This document shows, piece by piece, positions 29,047 through 38,408 of a stretch of 46,226 nt of DNA. Position 1 is the stretch's first letter. Each line of letters starts with the position of its first letter. The position numbers and the translations under genes were made by a program. The notes beneath the pieces are model-generated. The model worked only from the letters and a program-made list of their open reading frames with translations, did not search any database and was not told where the DNA came from. The DNA comes from Opitutaceae bacterium (lineage in GTDB: Bacteria; Verrucomicrobiota; Verrucomicrobiia; Opitutales; Opitutaceae), in assembly GCA_005786775.1 (NCBI GenBank), contig SYDD01000055.1, forward strand, positions 1 to 46,226, read 5' to 3'.

Positions 29047-30003
29047 ATGCCAAGCGCGGACGTTGAACCTGCCCCCACGGTGATTTCCCCCGGACACCAC
29101 CCCGTCCTGCTCCGCGAGGTGTTGGCGCTACTCGCGCCGCGCCCCGGGGATCGCTTCCTCGACTGCACCTTCGGTGGCGGCGGCCACACGCGCGCCCTGT
29201 TGGCTGCGGCGCCCGGAGTGCAGGTCGTGGCGTTGGACCGCGATCCCGCCGCGCGGGAACGCGCCGAACCCCTGTTGCGCGATTTCCCAGGCGCCCTCGA
29301 GCTGCTCGATCTCGACTTCGGCCGGCTGCGGGAACTCACGCCCTCTGGCTTTCAGGGCATCGTTTTTGACCTCGGGGTTTCCTCGTTTCAGCTCGATGAC
29401 GCCGCACGCGGCTTCTCTTTCCGGCAGGACGCCCCGGCGGACATGCGGATGGACCCGCGCGCCGGGGTGCCGGCCAGCCTCTGGCTAGAAACGGCCACCG
29501 AAGAGATGCTGGTGCGGGCGGTCCGCGACCTCGGCGAAGAGCCGCAGTGGCGCCGGGTCGTGCGCTCATTGCGCGCCGCGCGGGGTTCGGGGTTGCTAGC
29601 TCGCACGAGCTCCCTCGCCGCGCTCATCGCGGACGCCATTCCCACCCCGGTGCGGCATGCGTCGCGAATCCATCCGGCCACCCGTTCCTTCCAAGGAATT
29701 CGGATGGCGGTCAATGACGAGACCGGCGCCTTGGAGCGCGCGCTGCCCGAGGCCTTCGCCCGCCTCGCCCCTAGCGGCGTGCTCGCGATCATCAGCTTCC
29801 ATTCTCTCGAGGACCGGCCGGTGAAGCAGTTTTGCCGCCGGATGTGCGGGCAGCCCGAGAGTGCGGACGATGCTACGCCGCAGGATCTGCGCACGATCCG
29901 GGCCGAGCCGTTGACGCGCCGGCCGATCACGCCGACGGACGACGAAATCGCCGCTAATCCGCGCAGCCGTTCCGCGAAACTTCGCGCCGTGCGCCGCCTC
30001 TGA
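29047..30003 (+). CDS. rsmH: 16S rRNA (cytosine1402-N4)-methyltransferase (alternative start GTG 29080)
   Basis: Motifs [50 protein letters not shown] and [10 protein letters not shown]. Confidence 0.95.
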   Translation: MPSADVEPAPTVISPGHHPVLLREVLALLAPRPGDRFLDCTFGGGGHTRALLAAAPGVQVVALDRDPAARERAEPLLRDFPGALELLDLDFGRLRELTPSGFQGIVFDLGVSSFQLDDAARGFSFRQDAPADMRMDPRAGVPASLWLETATEEMLVRAVRDLGEEPQWRRVVRSLRAARGSGLLARTSSLAALIADAIPTPVRHASRIHPATRSFQGIRMAVNDETGALERALPEAFARLAPSGVLAIISFHSLEDRPVKQFCRRMCGQPESADDATPQDLRTIRAEPLTRRPITPTDDEIAANPRSRSAKLRAVRRL

Positions 30004-30012
30004 TTTTACGCC

Positions 30013-30405
30013 GTGAGAAAAGATACCTCCGCCTTCGTCAACCAGCTGCTAGTCTGGCTCCTCGTCACGATCGGCCTCGGCGGGTCCGTCGGACTGGTCA
30101 CCGTCTGGATGCGGCACCAGATTTCCGCCACCGCCAAGGCCAACCGTGATCTCGCGGCGCAGATCGCGCGCTACGACCGGCTGGTGGACGAGACGCGCAC
30201 CCAGATCGAGACGGAGCAGGCTTCGGACAAGCTCCGGCACCTCAATTCCGCGCTCGGCCTTGGACTCGTGCCGGTGAACCAGATTCCGGTCGTGCACGTG
30301 ACGGACAACGTGGTCGAGCGCCTCGCGCGCCGTGCCAATGCAGGAGTACTGACCGACGGGCCGGTGCCCGCGGCCGCGCTACGGATTACCCTGCCGGGGT
30401 TCTGA
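30013..30405 (+). CDS. Probable cell division protein FtsL-like
   Basis: Short N-terminus, one TM and a coiled coil, in the canonical position between rsmH and ftsI. Confidence 0.65.
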   Translation: MRKDTSAFVNQLLVWLLVTIGLGGSVGLVTVWMRHQISATAKANRDLAAQIARYDRLVDETRTQIETEQASDKLRHLNSALGLGLVPVNQIPVVHVTDNVVERLARRANAGVLTDGPVPAAALRITLPGF

Positions 30406-30408
30406 GCG

Positions 30409-32280
30409 ATGTCGAAGGGCTTCGCCTCCAGTGGCCGGATGGTCCTGATCGGCGGCATTCTGCTGCTGTGCCAAGCGGCGCTGGGCGTGCGGTTGGTCTG
30501 GCTGCACGTCGTTGACCGCGAGGCCCTACTCAAGCCGCTCGCCAAGGTCCGACCGATGCTGATTCCGGAGGCTGCCCGGCGCGGGGACATTCTTGACGCT
30601 CGCGGCGCCCGCCTCGCGACCAGCCGGTCTGAGATCTTGCTTGGGGTGGACCCGCATTCGTTGCTGCCGCGGGACGAGCGGAAGTGGGCCGAACTGGCGG
30701 CGCTGATCGAGTTGCCGGAGAGCGAACTCCGCGAGCGTTTCCAGCCTCGTTTCCGGCGCGGTGGCGTCCGGGGCGAAGAGACCGACGATGCTGGGGAGAC
30801 TCCCGTTCCGTTCGCGCTGCCCACGGCCCACGGGAGCGAGGAGGAGCAGCGGCCGATCACTTGGGTCAAGTTGCGGGAAGATGTCTCCGAGTCCCTCTAC
30901 GAGCGGGTCCGTCGGCTCGACATCCGGGGCGTCTATGGGATCCGGCATTACCGTCGGGTCTATCCGAGCAATGAGCTTGCGGCACATGTGATCGGTTACG
31001 TGAACCGCGAGCACCAGGCGGCGGCCGGGATCGAGGCGTACGCGGACTTTTACCTGCGGGGCCAGCAGGGTTGGCGGGTGGGGGAGCGCGACGGGCGCAA
31101 CCGGGAACTGCCCCAGTTCGCCTCCCGCGAGGTGCCGCGCCGCGACGGGTACAGCGTCGTACTGTCCATCGATTCCACGGTGCAGGACATCGTCGAGCAG
31201 GAGCTTGCGCAGCTCGCGGCCCGCTTTGAGCCCCGCAAGGCCTCGATCGTGGTTAGTGACCTCGACGGGTTCGTGCTAGCGCTCGCGAACTACCCTTCTT
31301 TTAACCTGAACGAATTCAACCGCGTACCAAAGGCAGAGGAGGCGCGGATGAAGAATGCGGCCGTCGCGGACATTTATGATCCGGGTTCGGTTTTCAAAAT
31401 CGTGCCCGCAGCGGGGGCCCTTGAAGAGCGGCTGGTGACCCCGCTGACCGTCCTCGACTGTACGGTCGATCGAGTGGCGCACCGCGGACGGATGCTCTCG
31501 CTGCCGGCCGAGGACCACAAGATGGGTAATCTCACGATCGCGGAGATCCTGAGCCACTCCAGCAACCGCGGGGCTGCGCAGCTGGGGATCATGCTGGGTG
31601 AGGAACGGCTCGAGCGGTACGCGCGCGCTTTCGGCTTCGGCGCGAAGCTCGGATTCCCGGTTGGCGGCGAGGTCGCGGGCATTCTGCACCCTCACCAGCG
31701 CTGGTACCCGATCGACATCACCCGCATCCCGATGGGGCATTCGGTCTCCTCCACGGTGTTGCAGATGCACCAGGCGATGTCGGTGATCGCCGCCGGCGGC
31801 GTCCTGCTGCGGCCGCAGGTGATCCGCGAGATCCGGGATTCCGCGAACGACACGGTCTACCGCTACGGCCGCACGGAGATTGGACGGGCGGTCTCGCCGC
31901 GTACCGCTGCCCAGGTCGCGGCGATGTTGGTCGGGGTTACCCGCAAGGGCGGTACGGCGCTCGAGGCCTCGATTACGGGGTTCGACGTAGCGGGCAAAAC
32001 CGGTACCTCCCAGAAGTTCGTGGATGGCCAGTGGTCCAAGAAGCACCACATCGCGTCGTTTTCCGGCTTTTTTCCTGCGGTTCGGCCGAAGGTCGTAATT
32101 ACCGTGATCGTGGATGATGCCGACCACAAGGCGCCAGGCGGCGTGGCTTATGGCCGCACGGTCGCCGCACCCTCGTTCAAGCGGATCGGCGAGCGCCTAA
32201 TTCCCATCCTCGACATCCGTGCAAGCGCGGCGGTCGTCCCGGCTTTGCTGGTCGCCCGGCGCGAGGGGAACGCTCGATGA
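30409..32280 (+). CDS. ftsI: Class B penicillin-binding protein (FtsI/PBP3)
   Basis: N-terminal TM, RRGDILD and RVYP. Catalytic motifs PGSVFK (SxxK), SSN (SxN) and KTGT are intact. Confidence 0.92.
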   Translation: MSKGFASSGRMVLIGGILLLCQAALGVRLVWLHVVDREALLKPLAKVRPMLIPEAARRGDILDARGARLATSRSEILLGVDPHSLLPRDERKWAELAALIELPESELRERFQPRFRRGGVRGEETDDAGETPVPFALPTAHGSEEEQRPITWVKLREDVSESLYERVRRLDIRGVYGIRHYRRVYPSNELAAHVIGYVNREHQAAAGIEAYADFYLRGQQGWRVGERDGRNRELPQFASREVPRRDGYSVVLSIDSTVQDIVEQELAQLAARFEPRKASIVVSDLDGFVLALANYPSFNLNEFNRVPKAEEARMKNAAVADIYDPGSVFKIVPAAGALEERLVTPLTVLDCTVDRVAHRGRMLSLPAEDHKMGNLTIAEILSHSSNRGAAQLGIMLGEERLERYARAFGFGAKLGFPVGGEVAGILHPHQRWYPIDITRIPMGHSVSSTVLQMHQAMSVIAAGGVLLRPQVIREIRDSANDTVYRYGRTEIGRAVSPRTAAQVAAMLVGVTRKGGTALEASITGFDVAGKTGTSQKFVDGQWSKKHHIASFSGFFPAVRPKVVITVIVDDADHKAPGGVAYGRTVAAPSFKRIGERLIPILDIRASAAVVPALLVARREGNAR

Positions 32281-33626
32281 GTGGTCTCCTGCTCACGCCC
32301 CCCTCCGGCCTCGCTCGCCGGGTGCCGCCACCCGCCCGCGCCGCGGCTGGGCGCGCGCGTCTGGGCGACCTACTCACGCCCGAGCAGCGCTTCGCGTCGG
32401 TCGGTCCGCTGGATCGTCCAATCGCGGGCCTTGCCGCGGATGCCCGACAGGTAGTGATGGGCAGCGTCTTCTTTGATGTGGCGCCAGCGGGGGATCTGCG
32501 GTCCGGGCTCGACGAGGCGGTATCCCGCGGAGCGATTGCGGTCGTAAGCCCCCGTCGGCCCCGCGTCGCGTTGGGCCGTGGCCTTACGGTCATCCAGGTG
32601 CCTGATCCGCTTCGCGCGCTCGCGGGGGTCGCTCGCCGCTTCTTTCGGCACCCGGACGTCGCCCTACGCCTCCATGCGGTGGAGGGCGATCACGGTAAGA
32701 CCACTGTCGCCCACCTGCTGCGCGGCCTGCTGGGCACGCCAGCGGAACTGGGTCTGATCAGCTCCGTTCACCACGATCTCGGTTCCCGCGTCCTGCCGGC
32801 TAGCGCCGCCTGCCCGCTCGCGTTTCACGCAGTGCTGGCTCAGATGCGCGATGCGGGCTGCACCGGCGCGGTGATTGAGCTCCCGTCCTGCCCCGCGGAG
32901 GCCGGGTGGCTGGCGGATACGGCGTGGGCCTCGCGACTCGATCTGCGGGTGGCGGCATCGGAGGCTGGAGTGGGAATTCCGGCGCCGTCCCGAAGTCTCC
33001 GTTTACGTGGGGTGGCGGACTGCACGGCCCCGATCCCGGAGCGCCTCCGGGGCGTAGGGGTCAACTTAGAGTTGGCCGTTCGGGCCGCGATAGAGCGGGG
33101 CGTGTCAACGGCCACCGTTGCGGCGCGCCTTGGGCGGTTGCCGCCCGTGCCCGGCCGGGGCGAACCGGTCGCGGTGCCTGGCGGCTTCGAGGTGTGGGTC
33201 GACGCGGCGGACCGGCCGGAACGGCTGGCGTATTTTCTCAGCTTGGTGCGCGCGCTCACTCCCGGTCGCGTGGCGCTGGTGTTGGGTTGTCCCGGTGAGT
33301 GCGACCCGGCGCCCCGTCCGACCTTGACGCGGGTCGGCGAGCAGGGGGCGGAGCTCGTAATGCTTACGGCGGCTGATTCTTGGGGCGAACCCCTGGAGGA
33401 GATCCTGCGCGATATGCTGCGCGGTACCGCGAACCCCGGAGCCATTCGCTGCGTGCCGGATCGTCGGGTCGCCGTGGCCGCGGCTTTGGATTGGGCCCGC
33501 CCGGGTGATGCCGTTGTTATCGCGGGTCGCGGCGCGGCGGCTTTTCAGCGCATCGAGCGGGTTGCCGTGCCGTGTGACGATCGCGGGCTAGTACGCGAAT
33601 GGGCGCGGGGGAGGTCGGGGCTGTGA
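32277..33626 (+). CDS. murE: Degenerate MurE-like Mur ligase (open frame, catalytic motifs destroyed; pseudo-enzyme or incipient pseudogene)
   Basis: Three-domain MurE outline and position between ftsI and murF with ATGA/GTGA overlaps. The P-loop is AVEGDHGKTT, there is no TTP and no DHLDYH, and DYAH, DNPR and GKGHE are all substituted. Confidence 0.8.
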   Translation: MSGLLLTPPSGLARRVPPPARAAAGRARLGDLLTPEQRFASVGPLDRPIAGLAADARQVVMGSVFFDVAPAGDLRSGLDEAVSRGAIAVVSPRRPRVALGRGLTVIQVPDPLRALAGVARRFFRHPDVALRLHAVEGDHGKTTVAHLLRGLLGTPAELGLISSVHHDLGSRVLPASAACPLAFHAVLAQMRDAGCTGAVIELPSCPAEAGWLADTAWASRLDLRVAASEAGVGIPAPSRSLRLRGVADCTAPIPERLRGVGVNLELAVRAAIERGVSTATVAARLGRLPPVPGRGEPVAVPGGFEVWVDAADRPERLAYFLSLVRALTPGRVALVLGCPGECDPAPRPTLTRVGEQGAELVMLTAADSWGEPLEEILRDMLRGTANPGAIRCVPDRRVAVAAALDWARPGDAVVIAGRGAAAFQRIERVAVPCDDRGLVREWARGRSGL

Positions 33627-35014
33627 GCGGCGGGTTCAACCCTGCAGAATTGGCGGCGTGGACCGGTGGACGCTGGACGCGGTCGCCTTCGGCGAGTCTC
33701 GTGGGCTTCCACTTTGATTCCCGACGTCTCGGGCCGGGCAGCGTCTTCGTGGCCTTGCCGGGCACGCAGCGGGATGGGCACGATTTTCTACCCGCGGCGG
33801 CCGCGGGGGGAGCGGCGGCCGCCCTGGTCTCCCGGCCGCGCGCGGACGCCGGTCTCCCGCAGCTCGTAGTGGGCGACCCGCTGCGGGCTTGGCAGGTGAT
33901 CGCGCGGGAGCACCGACGGCGGTTTACTGGGCCAGTCGTGGGAATTTCCGGGAGTGCGGGCAAGACCTCGACCAAGGACCTGCTCGCCCTCCTCCTCGGT
34001 GCCGCGGCGCGCGGCGTCGCCGCCACCGAGGGTAATTTCAACAACGAACTCGGTGTGCCCCTCACGCTCACCCGGCTCGACCCAGCCCGCGACCGGCTGG
34101 CCGTGATTGAGGCGGGGATTAGCCTGCCCGGGGAGATGGACCGGCTGGCCAAGATGATCGAGCCGGACATTGCCGTCATTACGTTGGTCGGGCCGGCTCA
34201 CTTGCAGGAACTGGGCGGTCTCGAGGGGGTGGCCCGCGAGAAGTCGCGCCTGCCCGCGGCGGTCCGGCCCGGTGGGCTGATGGTTTTTCCGGAGGAAGTT
34301 GCGGCCTGGCCCGCCTTCGCCGCCTTATCGGGTCGCCGAATCGTGGTGGCTCCCGGCGGAGAACCTGGCCCGGAACGGGTTGTGTGCACGCATGGGAGCG
34401 GACCCACGGGCACGCTCCTGCGGCTGGCAGGGGGCGGCGCGCCCGCGGCCGAGTTCCGCTGCCGCGCGGTCACCCCGGGACTCGCCCGCAACGCGGCCCT
34501 CGCGCTTACGATCGCTCGTCAACTTGGCGTATCAGACGCGGATCTGGCTGCCCGGCTCGCGACGTGGCTGCCGGCCCGCCTCCGAGCCGAAGTCCGTGAG
34601 ATCGGCGGCCGCTTCGTCTACCTCGATTGCTACAACGCGAACCCAGCTTCGATGGCGGACGCATTTGCCGGTTTTACCGCCCAAGCGCCGGTGGCGCAGC
34701 CTCGCCTGTACCTCCTCGGTTGCATGGAGGAGCTTGGCGTCGAGGCTGGCCGGCATCATCGCGAGCTCGGCGCGCGGCTGGCCCCGCTGCTGCGGTCGGG
34801 CGACCGGGTGCGCGTGCTTGGTACCGAGGCGGCGGCGGTGATCGAAGGTTTAGGCGCCACCGGGACGATGTCGGGAAGTGGCGCCGTATTGGCGTCCTTG
34901 AACGCGGCGGCGGCGGAGTTTGCCGCTTGGCCGGGCGCGGTGCTGCTGAAGGGCAGCCGACGCTATGCCCTCGAGGGCGTGTTGCCGGTGGGGGAGGGGG
35001 ACGCCCATGCTTAG
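33623..35014 (+). CDS. murF: UDP-MurNAc-tripeptide--D-Ala-D-Ala ligase
   Basis: Motifs DSRR, DGHDF, GISGSAGKTSTK, GNFNNELGVPLT, HLQELG, DCYNANPASM and LKGSR. Confidence 0.92.
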   Translation: MSGGFNPAELAAWTGGRWTRSPSASLVGFHFDSRRLGPGSVFVALPGTQRDGHDFLPAAAAGGAAAALVSRPRADAGLPQLVVGDPLRAWQVIAREHRRRFTGPVVGISGSAGKTSTKDLLALLLGAAARGVAATEGNFNNELGVPLTLTRLDPARDRLAVIEAGISLPGEMDRLAKMIEPDIAVITLVGPAHLQELGGLEGVAREKSRLPAAVRPGGLMVFPEEVAAWPAFAALSGRRIVVAPGGEPGPERVVCTHGSGPTGTLLRLAGGGAPAAEFRCRAVTPGLARNAALALTIARQLGVSDADLAARLATWLPARLRAEVREIGGRFVYLDCYNANPASMADAFAGFTAQAPVAQPRLYLLGCMEELGVEAGRHHRELGARLAPLLRSGDRVRVLGTEAAAVIEGLGATGTMSGSGAVLASLNAAAAEFAAWPGAVLLKGSRRYALEGVLPVGEGDAHA

Positions 35015-36122
35015 CTACCTAGCCCAGTACGAGGACTACTTCGGTCCGCTGCGCCTGTTTGGGTCGATCACCGTTCGTACGATGCTCGCGGCGGTCACGG
35101 CGCTGTGGCTCGGCTTCCTCCTTGGGCCGCGATTGATCCGCGTGTTCCGGGCGTGGAAGTTCGGGCAGGGTTATATCGACGACCGCACGGGCGCTCTGGG
35201 ATCGACCTACTTCGACAAGAAGCACACCCCAGCGATGGGGGGCCTGATTATCTGCCTCCCCGTCCTCATCAGCGGGCTGTTGTGGGCCGCGCCCAATATC
35301 TGGGTGCTGGTCACTCTGATGGTCTACGCGGCGCTCACCATTCCGGGCTTTCGGGATGATCTCCTCAAGGTCCGGCGCCGCAGCCGCGACGGCATCTCGG
35401 GCTGGGAGAAGATCGCCTGGCAAAGCGGGGCCACGCTACTGGCGCTGGCGCTGCTATTCTGGCACCCGCTGAGCGCCGGGAAGATCCGCGAGTTCTGGGT
35501 GCCGTTCGTGAAGCAAGCCGTCATCCCCTCGATGCCCTGGTGGCTGCTGCTCCTCCTGCTCTACTTGTGGGTAGTGGGTTTCAGTAACGCCATCAATCTT
35601 ACCGACGGTCTCGACGGGCTGGCGACTGGCTGCACGATCACGGTAGCCCTCGTCTTCGCGGTGATGGCCTATCTGGCCGACCACGTGTTCCTCTCCGAGT
35701 ACCTGCTCATCAGCCACGTGCCCGGCACCGGCGAGCTCACGGTCATCTGCGGTGCCCTCATCGGCGGCTGCATGGCCTTCCTCTGGTACAACTCGCACCC
35801 GGCCGAAGTCTTCATGGGCGACACTGGATCGCTCGCGCTCGGAGGCTTGCTCGGGATTATGGCCTTCATGATTCACCAGCCCGTGACGCTTGTCATCGCG
35901 GGCGGCGTCTTCGTGGCGGAGGCGCTCTCGGTGATCATTCAGGTGGGGTGGTTCAAGGCCACCCGCTGGCGCTACGGCGAGGGTCGGCGCTTTTTCCTGA
36001 TGGCTCCGATCCACCATCATTTTCAGAAGCGCGGCTGGCCCGAGACCAAGGTCGTGCTGCGCTTTTGGATCCTATCCTTGGGCTGCGCGCTCGCCAGCCT
36101 AGCCACCCTCAAACTCCGCTAA
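35007..36122 (+). CDS. mraY: Phospho-N-acetylmuramoyl-pentapeptide transferase
   Basis: Motifs KKHTPAMGG, GFRDD, NAINLTDGLDGL, FMGDTGSL and MAPIHHHF. Confidence 0.95.
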   Translation: MLSYLAQYEDYFGPLRLFGSITVRTMLAAVTALWLGFLLGPRLIRVFRAWKFGQGYIDDRTGALGSTYFDKKHTPAMGGLIICLPVLISGLLWAAPNIWVLVTLMVYAALTIPGFRDDLLKVRRRSRDGISGWEKIAWQSGATLLALALLFWHPLSAGKIREFWVPFVKQAVIPSMPWWLLLLLLYLWVVGFSNAINLTDGLDGLATGCTITVALVFAVMAYLADHVFLSEYLLISHVPGTGELTVICGALIGGCMAFLWYNSHPAEVFMGDTGSLALGGLLGIMAFMIHQPVTLVIAGGVFVAEALSVIIQVGWFKATRWRYGEGRRFFLMAPIHHHFQKRGWPETKVVLRFWILSLGCALASLATLKLR

Positions 36123-36126
36123 ATCG

Positions 36127-36297
36127 ATGCCCCCGGCCTCTTCCCTGCTTCCCGCGCCCCTCGCACCCCGGTACGCCGCCTGCCTTGGATGGCCTCGCCT
36201 GAGGGTACCGCTTGCGCTCGCGCTGCGTTGCCCCTCACCTCGGGCTGTTCAACGCCGTTCCTTCCTGCCCTGCTACCGGCAACTCCGCTCCTTATGA
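36127..36297 (+). pseudogene. 56-codon ORF at the expected murD position (possible murD deletion scar)
   Basis: ATG lies 4 nt after the mraY stop and the TGA overlaps the LysM ATG (ATGA at 36294-36297). No Mur ligase motifs are recognisable; the call rests on position only. Confidence 0.3.
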
Positions 36298-37247
36298 AAC
36301 TGCTCCGGGTCTTCGGCCTCGTCGCGGGCGTCCACGCCCTCGCGCTCCTCGTCATCCTCGCTAATCCAGGCTGCAGCACGGCCGTCAAGGCGCCGCCCGT
36401 ACCGAGCGACACGGTGTTGCGTTCCGCGGACGCTCCTCCGCCCCCGCCGGGCCCTGCCCCGTCCGCGGGCGCGTCCGTTTACACTTCTCCGCCGGAGTCC
36501 GTCCGTCCGGTGAACCCGCCGGTGACGCCGCCGCCCGCCGGCGCGATGGCGAGCGGGGCCCCGGATCCCGCGGACGTTTCCCCCGCCACGGTCCGGTTCG
36601 TGCCCACGCGCCCGGGCACACCGGTAGCCGGCGCCCTAGCTGCCGAGAAGGTCGCCGAGGTCACGCCGGCCGCGACCTACGTAGTGCGACCGGGGGACAG
36701 TCTCTGGACGATCGCCCGGCGGCACAAACTCGTGGTCTCGGATCTTACCGCGGCCAACGGCCTGGCGGCGAACGCTGCACTCCAGCCGGGCCGCAAACTG
36801 GTCATTCCTTCCAAGTCCGCGCCGGTCGCTCCGGGCGCGCCCTCTACGGGTGGGGTCGCTACCCCGAAAGCGGCCGAGCCCGCGCCGGCCCCGAAGCTCA
36901 CCGGGGATGGGGTCCGGCACGTCGTCCAGAGCGGAGAGACGCTCGGCGTGATCGCCCGCAACTACGGGGTTCGACAGGCGGAGATCGCAGTGGCCAACCG
37001 CATCACGGATCCGGCCCGCATCCGGGCCGGTACGGAATTGATTATTCCCGGCTGGCAGGCCGTGAACGGCAAGGCGGCCAAGGCTCCGGCGACTTCCACG
37101 GTGGCCCCTGCGCCCGGCGCCGCTGCGGCCCTCGCGCCGGCGACGTCGCTGAGCGTGCCGGTGCTGACGATCGAGCCCGCGCCGACGTCGGCCGTCCCCG
37201 TGATCCGCATCGATGACGGACCGGTCAGCCCGGCCCCGAAACTCTGA
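36294..37247 (+). CDS. Membrane-anchored or lipoprotein LysM peptidoglycan-binding protein (2 LysM domains, Pro/Ala-rich linkers)
   Basis: Hydrophobic N-terminus ending ANPGC. LysM motifs TYVVRPGDSLWTIARRH and RHVVQSGETLGVIARNY. Confidence 0.88.
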   Translation: MKLLRVFGLVAGVHALALLVILANPGCSTAVKAPPVPSDTVLRSADAPPPPPGPAPSAGASVYTSPPESVRPVNPPVTPPPAGAMASGAPDPADVSPATVRFVPTRPGTPVAGALAAEKVAEVTPAATYVVRPGDSLWTIARRHKLVVSDLTAANGLAANAALQPGRKLVIPSKSAPVAPGAPSTGGVATPKAAEPAPAPKLTGDGVRHVVQSGETLGVIARNYGVRQAEIAVANRITDPARIRAGTELIIPGWQAVNGKAAKAPATSTVAPAPGAAAALAPATSLSVPVLTIEPAPTSAVPVIRIDDGPVSPAPKL

Positions 37248-37256
37248 GCCCCCGGC

Positions 37257-38408
37257 GTGGTCGTATCCGCTCAGACCACCGTCACCCGCCGCGCACGCGC
37301 GGCTTCGCTGGTCAACCCGGCGAACATCATCCTGCTCTGCGCCTTGGCGCTCGTCGCGCTCGGGCTTACCATCCTTTTCAGCGCTAGCGCGGGTTTCAAG
37401 AAGGGGCCTTACTTTTACTTGAACAAGCAGCTGGTCGGCCTGGCGGCCGCTGCCGTCCTCTGCTTTGTGGCGAGCCGGCTAAACCTCGATTACCTCCGCC
37501 GCTACGCTTGGTGGATCGGGGGTGCCTGTCTGGTACTGCTCGCGTTGGTGCTGGTTGTCGGGATTAGCGTTAATGGTAGTCGTCGCTGGCTGGGCTACGG
37601 ATCCTTCCGTTTTCAGGTGTCGGAATTTGCCAAGCTCGGTCTCGTCTTTTGCCTCGCGCACTACTTGGCCCTGAACCAAACGCGCATCGCCGAGTTCAAG
37701 CGTGGCTTTGTTTACCCGGGTGGAATTATCGGCGCCTTCGCGCTGCTCACTCTCCTGGAGCCGGATTTCGGCGTTTCTGCCCTGATGGTCGCCGTCGGCC
37801 TGGTGCTAATGTTCCTTGCCGGCGCGCGCTGGAGGTACCTCGTGCCCGCCTTCCTCGCGGTGTCCGTGGTATTCACCATCGCCGTGATCCAGAATCCGAA
37901 CCGGCTGCGCCGGATGACGGAGTTCTTGAGTGAAGAGAAATCTTACCAGCTACGCCAGGGTCTGGCCGCGTTCGCCGCCGGCGGGGTCGAAGGGGCCGGC
38001 CTAGGCCAGGGGCGCCAGCAACTCAGCTACCTCCCGGAGGCCCATACTGATTATATCTTCTCCGTTGTGGGCGAGGAGCTGGGGCTTTTTTTCACCCTCG
38101 CCGTCGTGCTGTGCTTCACGGTCATCCTCATCGCCGGGCTGGTCCACCTGCGGCGCGCGCCGAGCTTGTTCCACTTTCTCCTCGTCCTCGGCAGCCTCCT
38201 CCTGATTTGCGTCCAAGCAATCATCAACGTGGGGGTCGTGACGGCCGTGCTGCCGACCAAGGGGATGTCGCTGCCGTTTATTAGCGCTGGGCTCTCGAAC
38301 CTTTTGCTCATGGGGCTGCTGCTCGGGATCATTCTCAACAGCCAGCGCCGGTGGGGCCGCGCGGGCCTGCCGGCTGGTGCGGGTGCGATGCGGGAGGTCC
38401 GCACGTGA
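37257..38408 (+). CDS. ftsW: SEDS family peptidoglycan glycosyltransferase FtsW
   Basis: Motifs NGSRRWL, QVSEFAK, LEPDFG, LPEAHTDYIFSVVGEELG and LPTKGMSLPFISAG. Confidence 0.92.
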   Translation: MVVSAQTTVTRRARAASLVNPANIILLCALALVALGLTILFSASAGFKKGPYFYLNKQLVGLAAAAVLCFVASRLNLDYLRRYAWWIGGACLVLLALVLVVGISVNGSRRWLGYGSFRFQVSEFAKLGLVFCLAHYLALNQTRIAEFKRGFVYPGGIIGAFALLTLLEPDFGVSALMVAVGLVLMFLAGARWRYLVPAFLAVSVVFTIAVIQNPNRLRRMTEFLSEEKSYQLRQGLAAFAAGGVEGAGLGQGRQQLSYLPEAHTDYIFSVVGEELGLFFTLAVVLCFTVILIAGLVHLRRAPSLFHFLLVLGSLLLICVQAIINVGVVTAVLPTKGMSLPFISAGLSNLLLMGLLLGIILNSQRRWGRAGLPAGAGAMREVRT

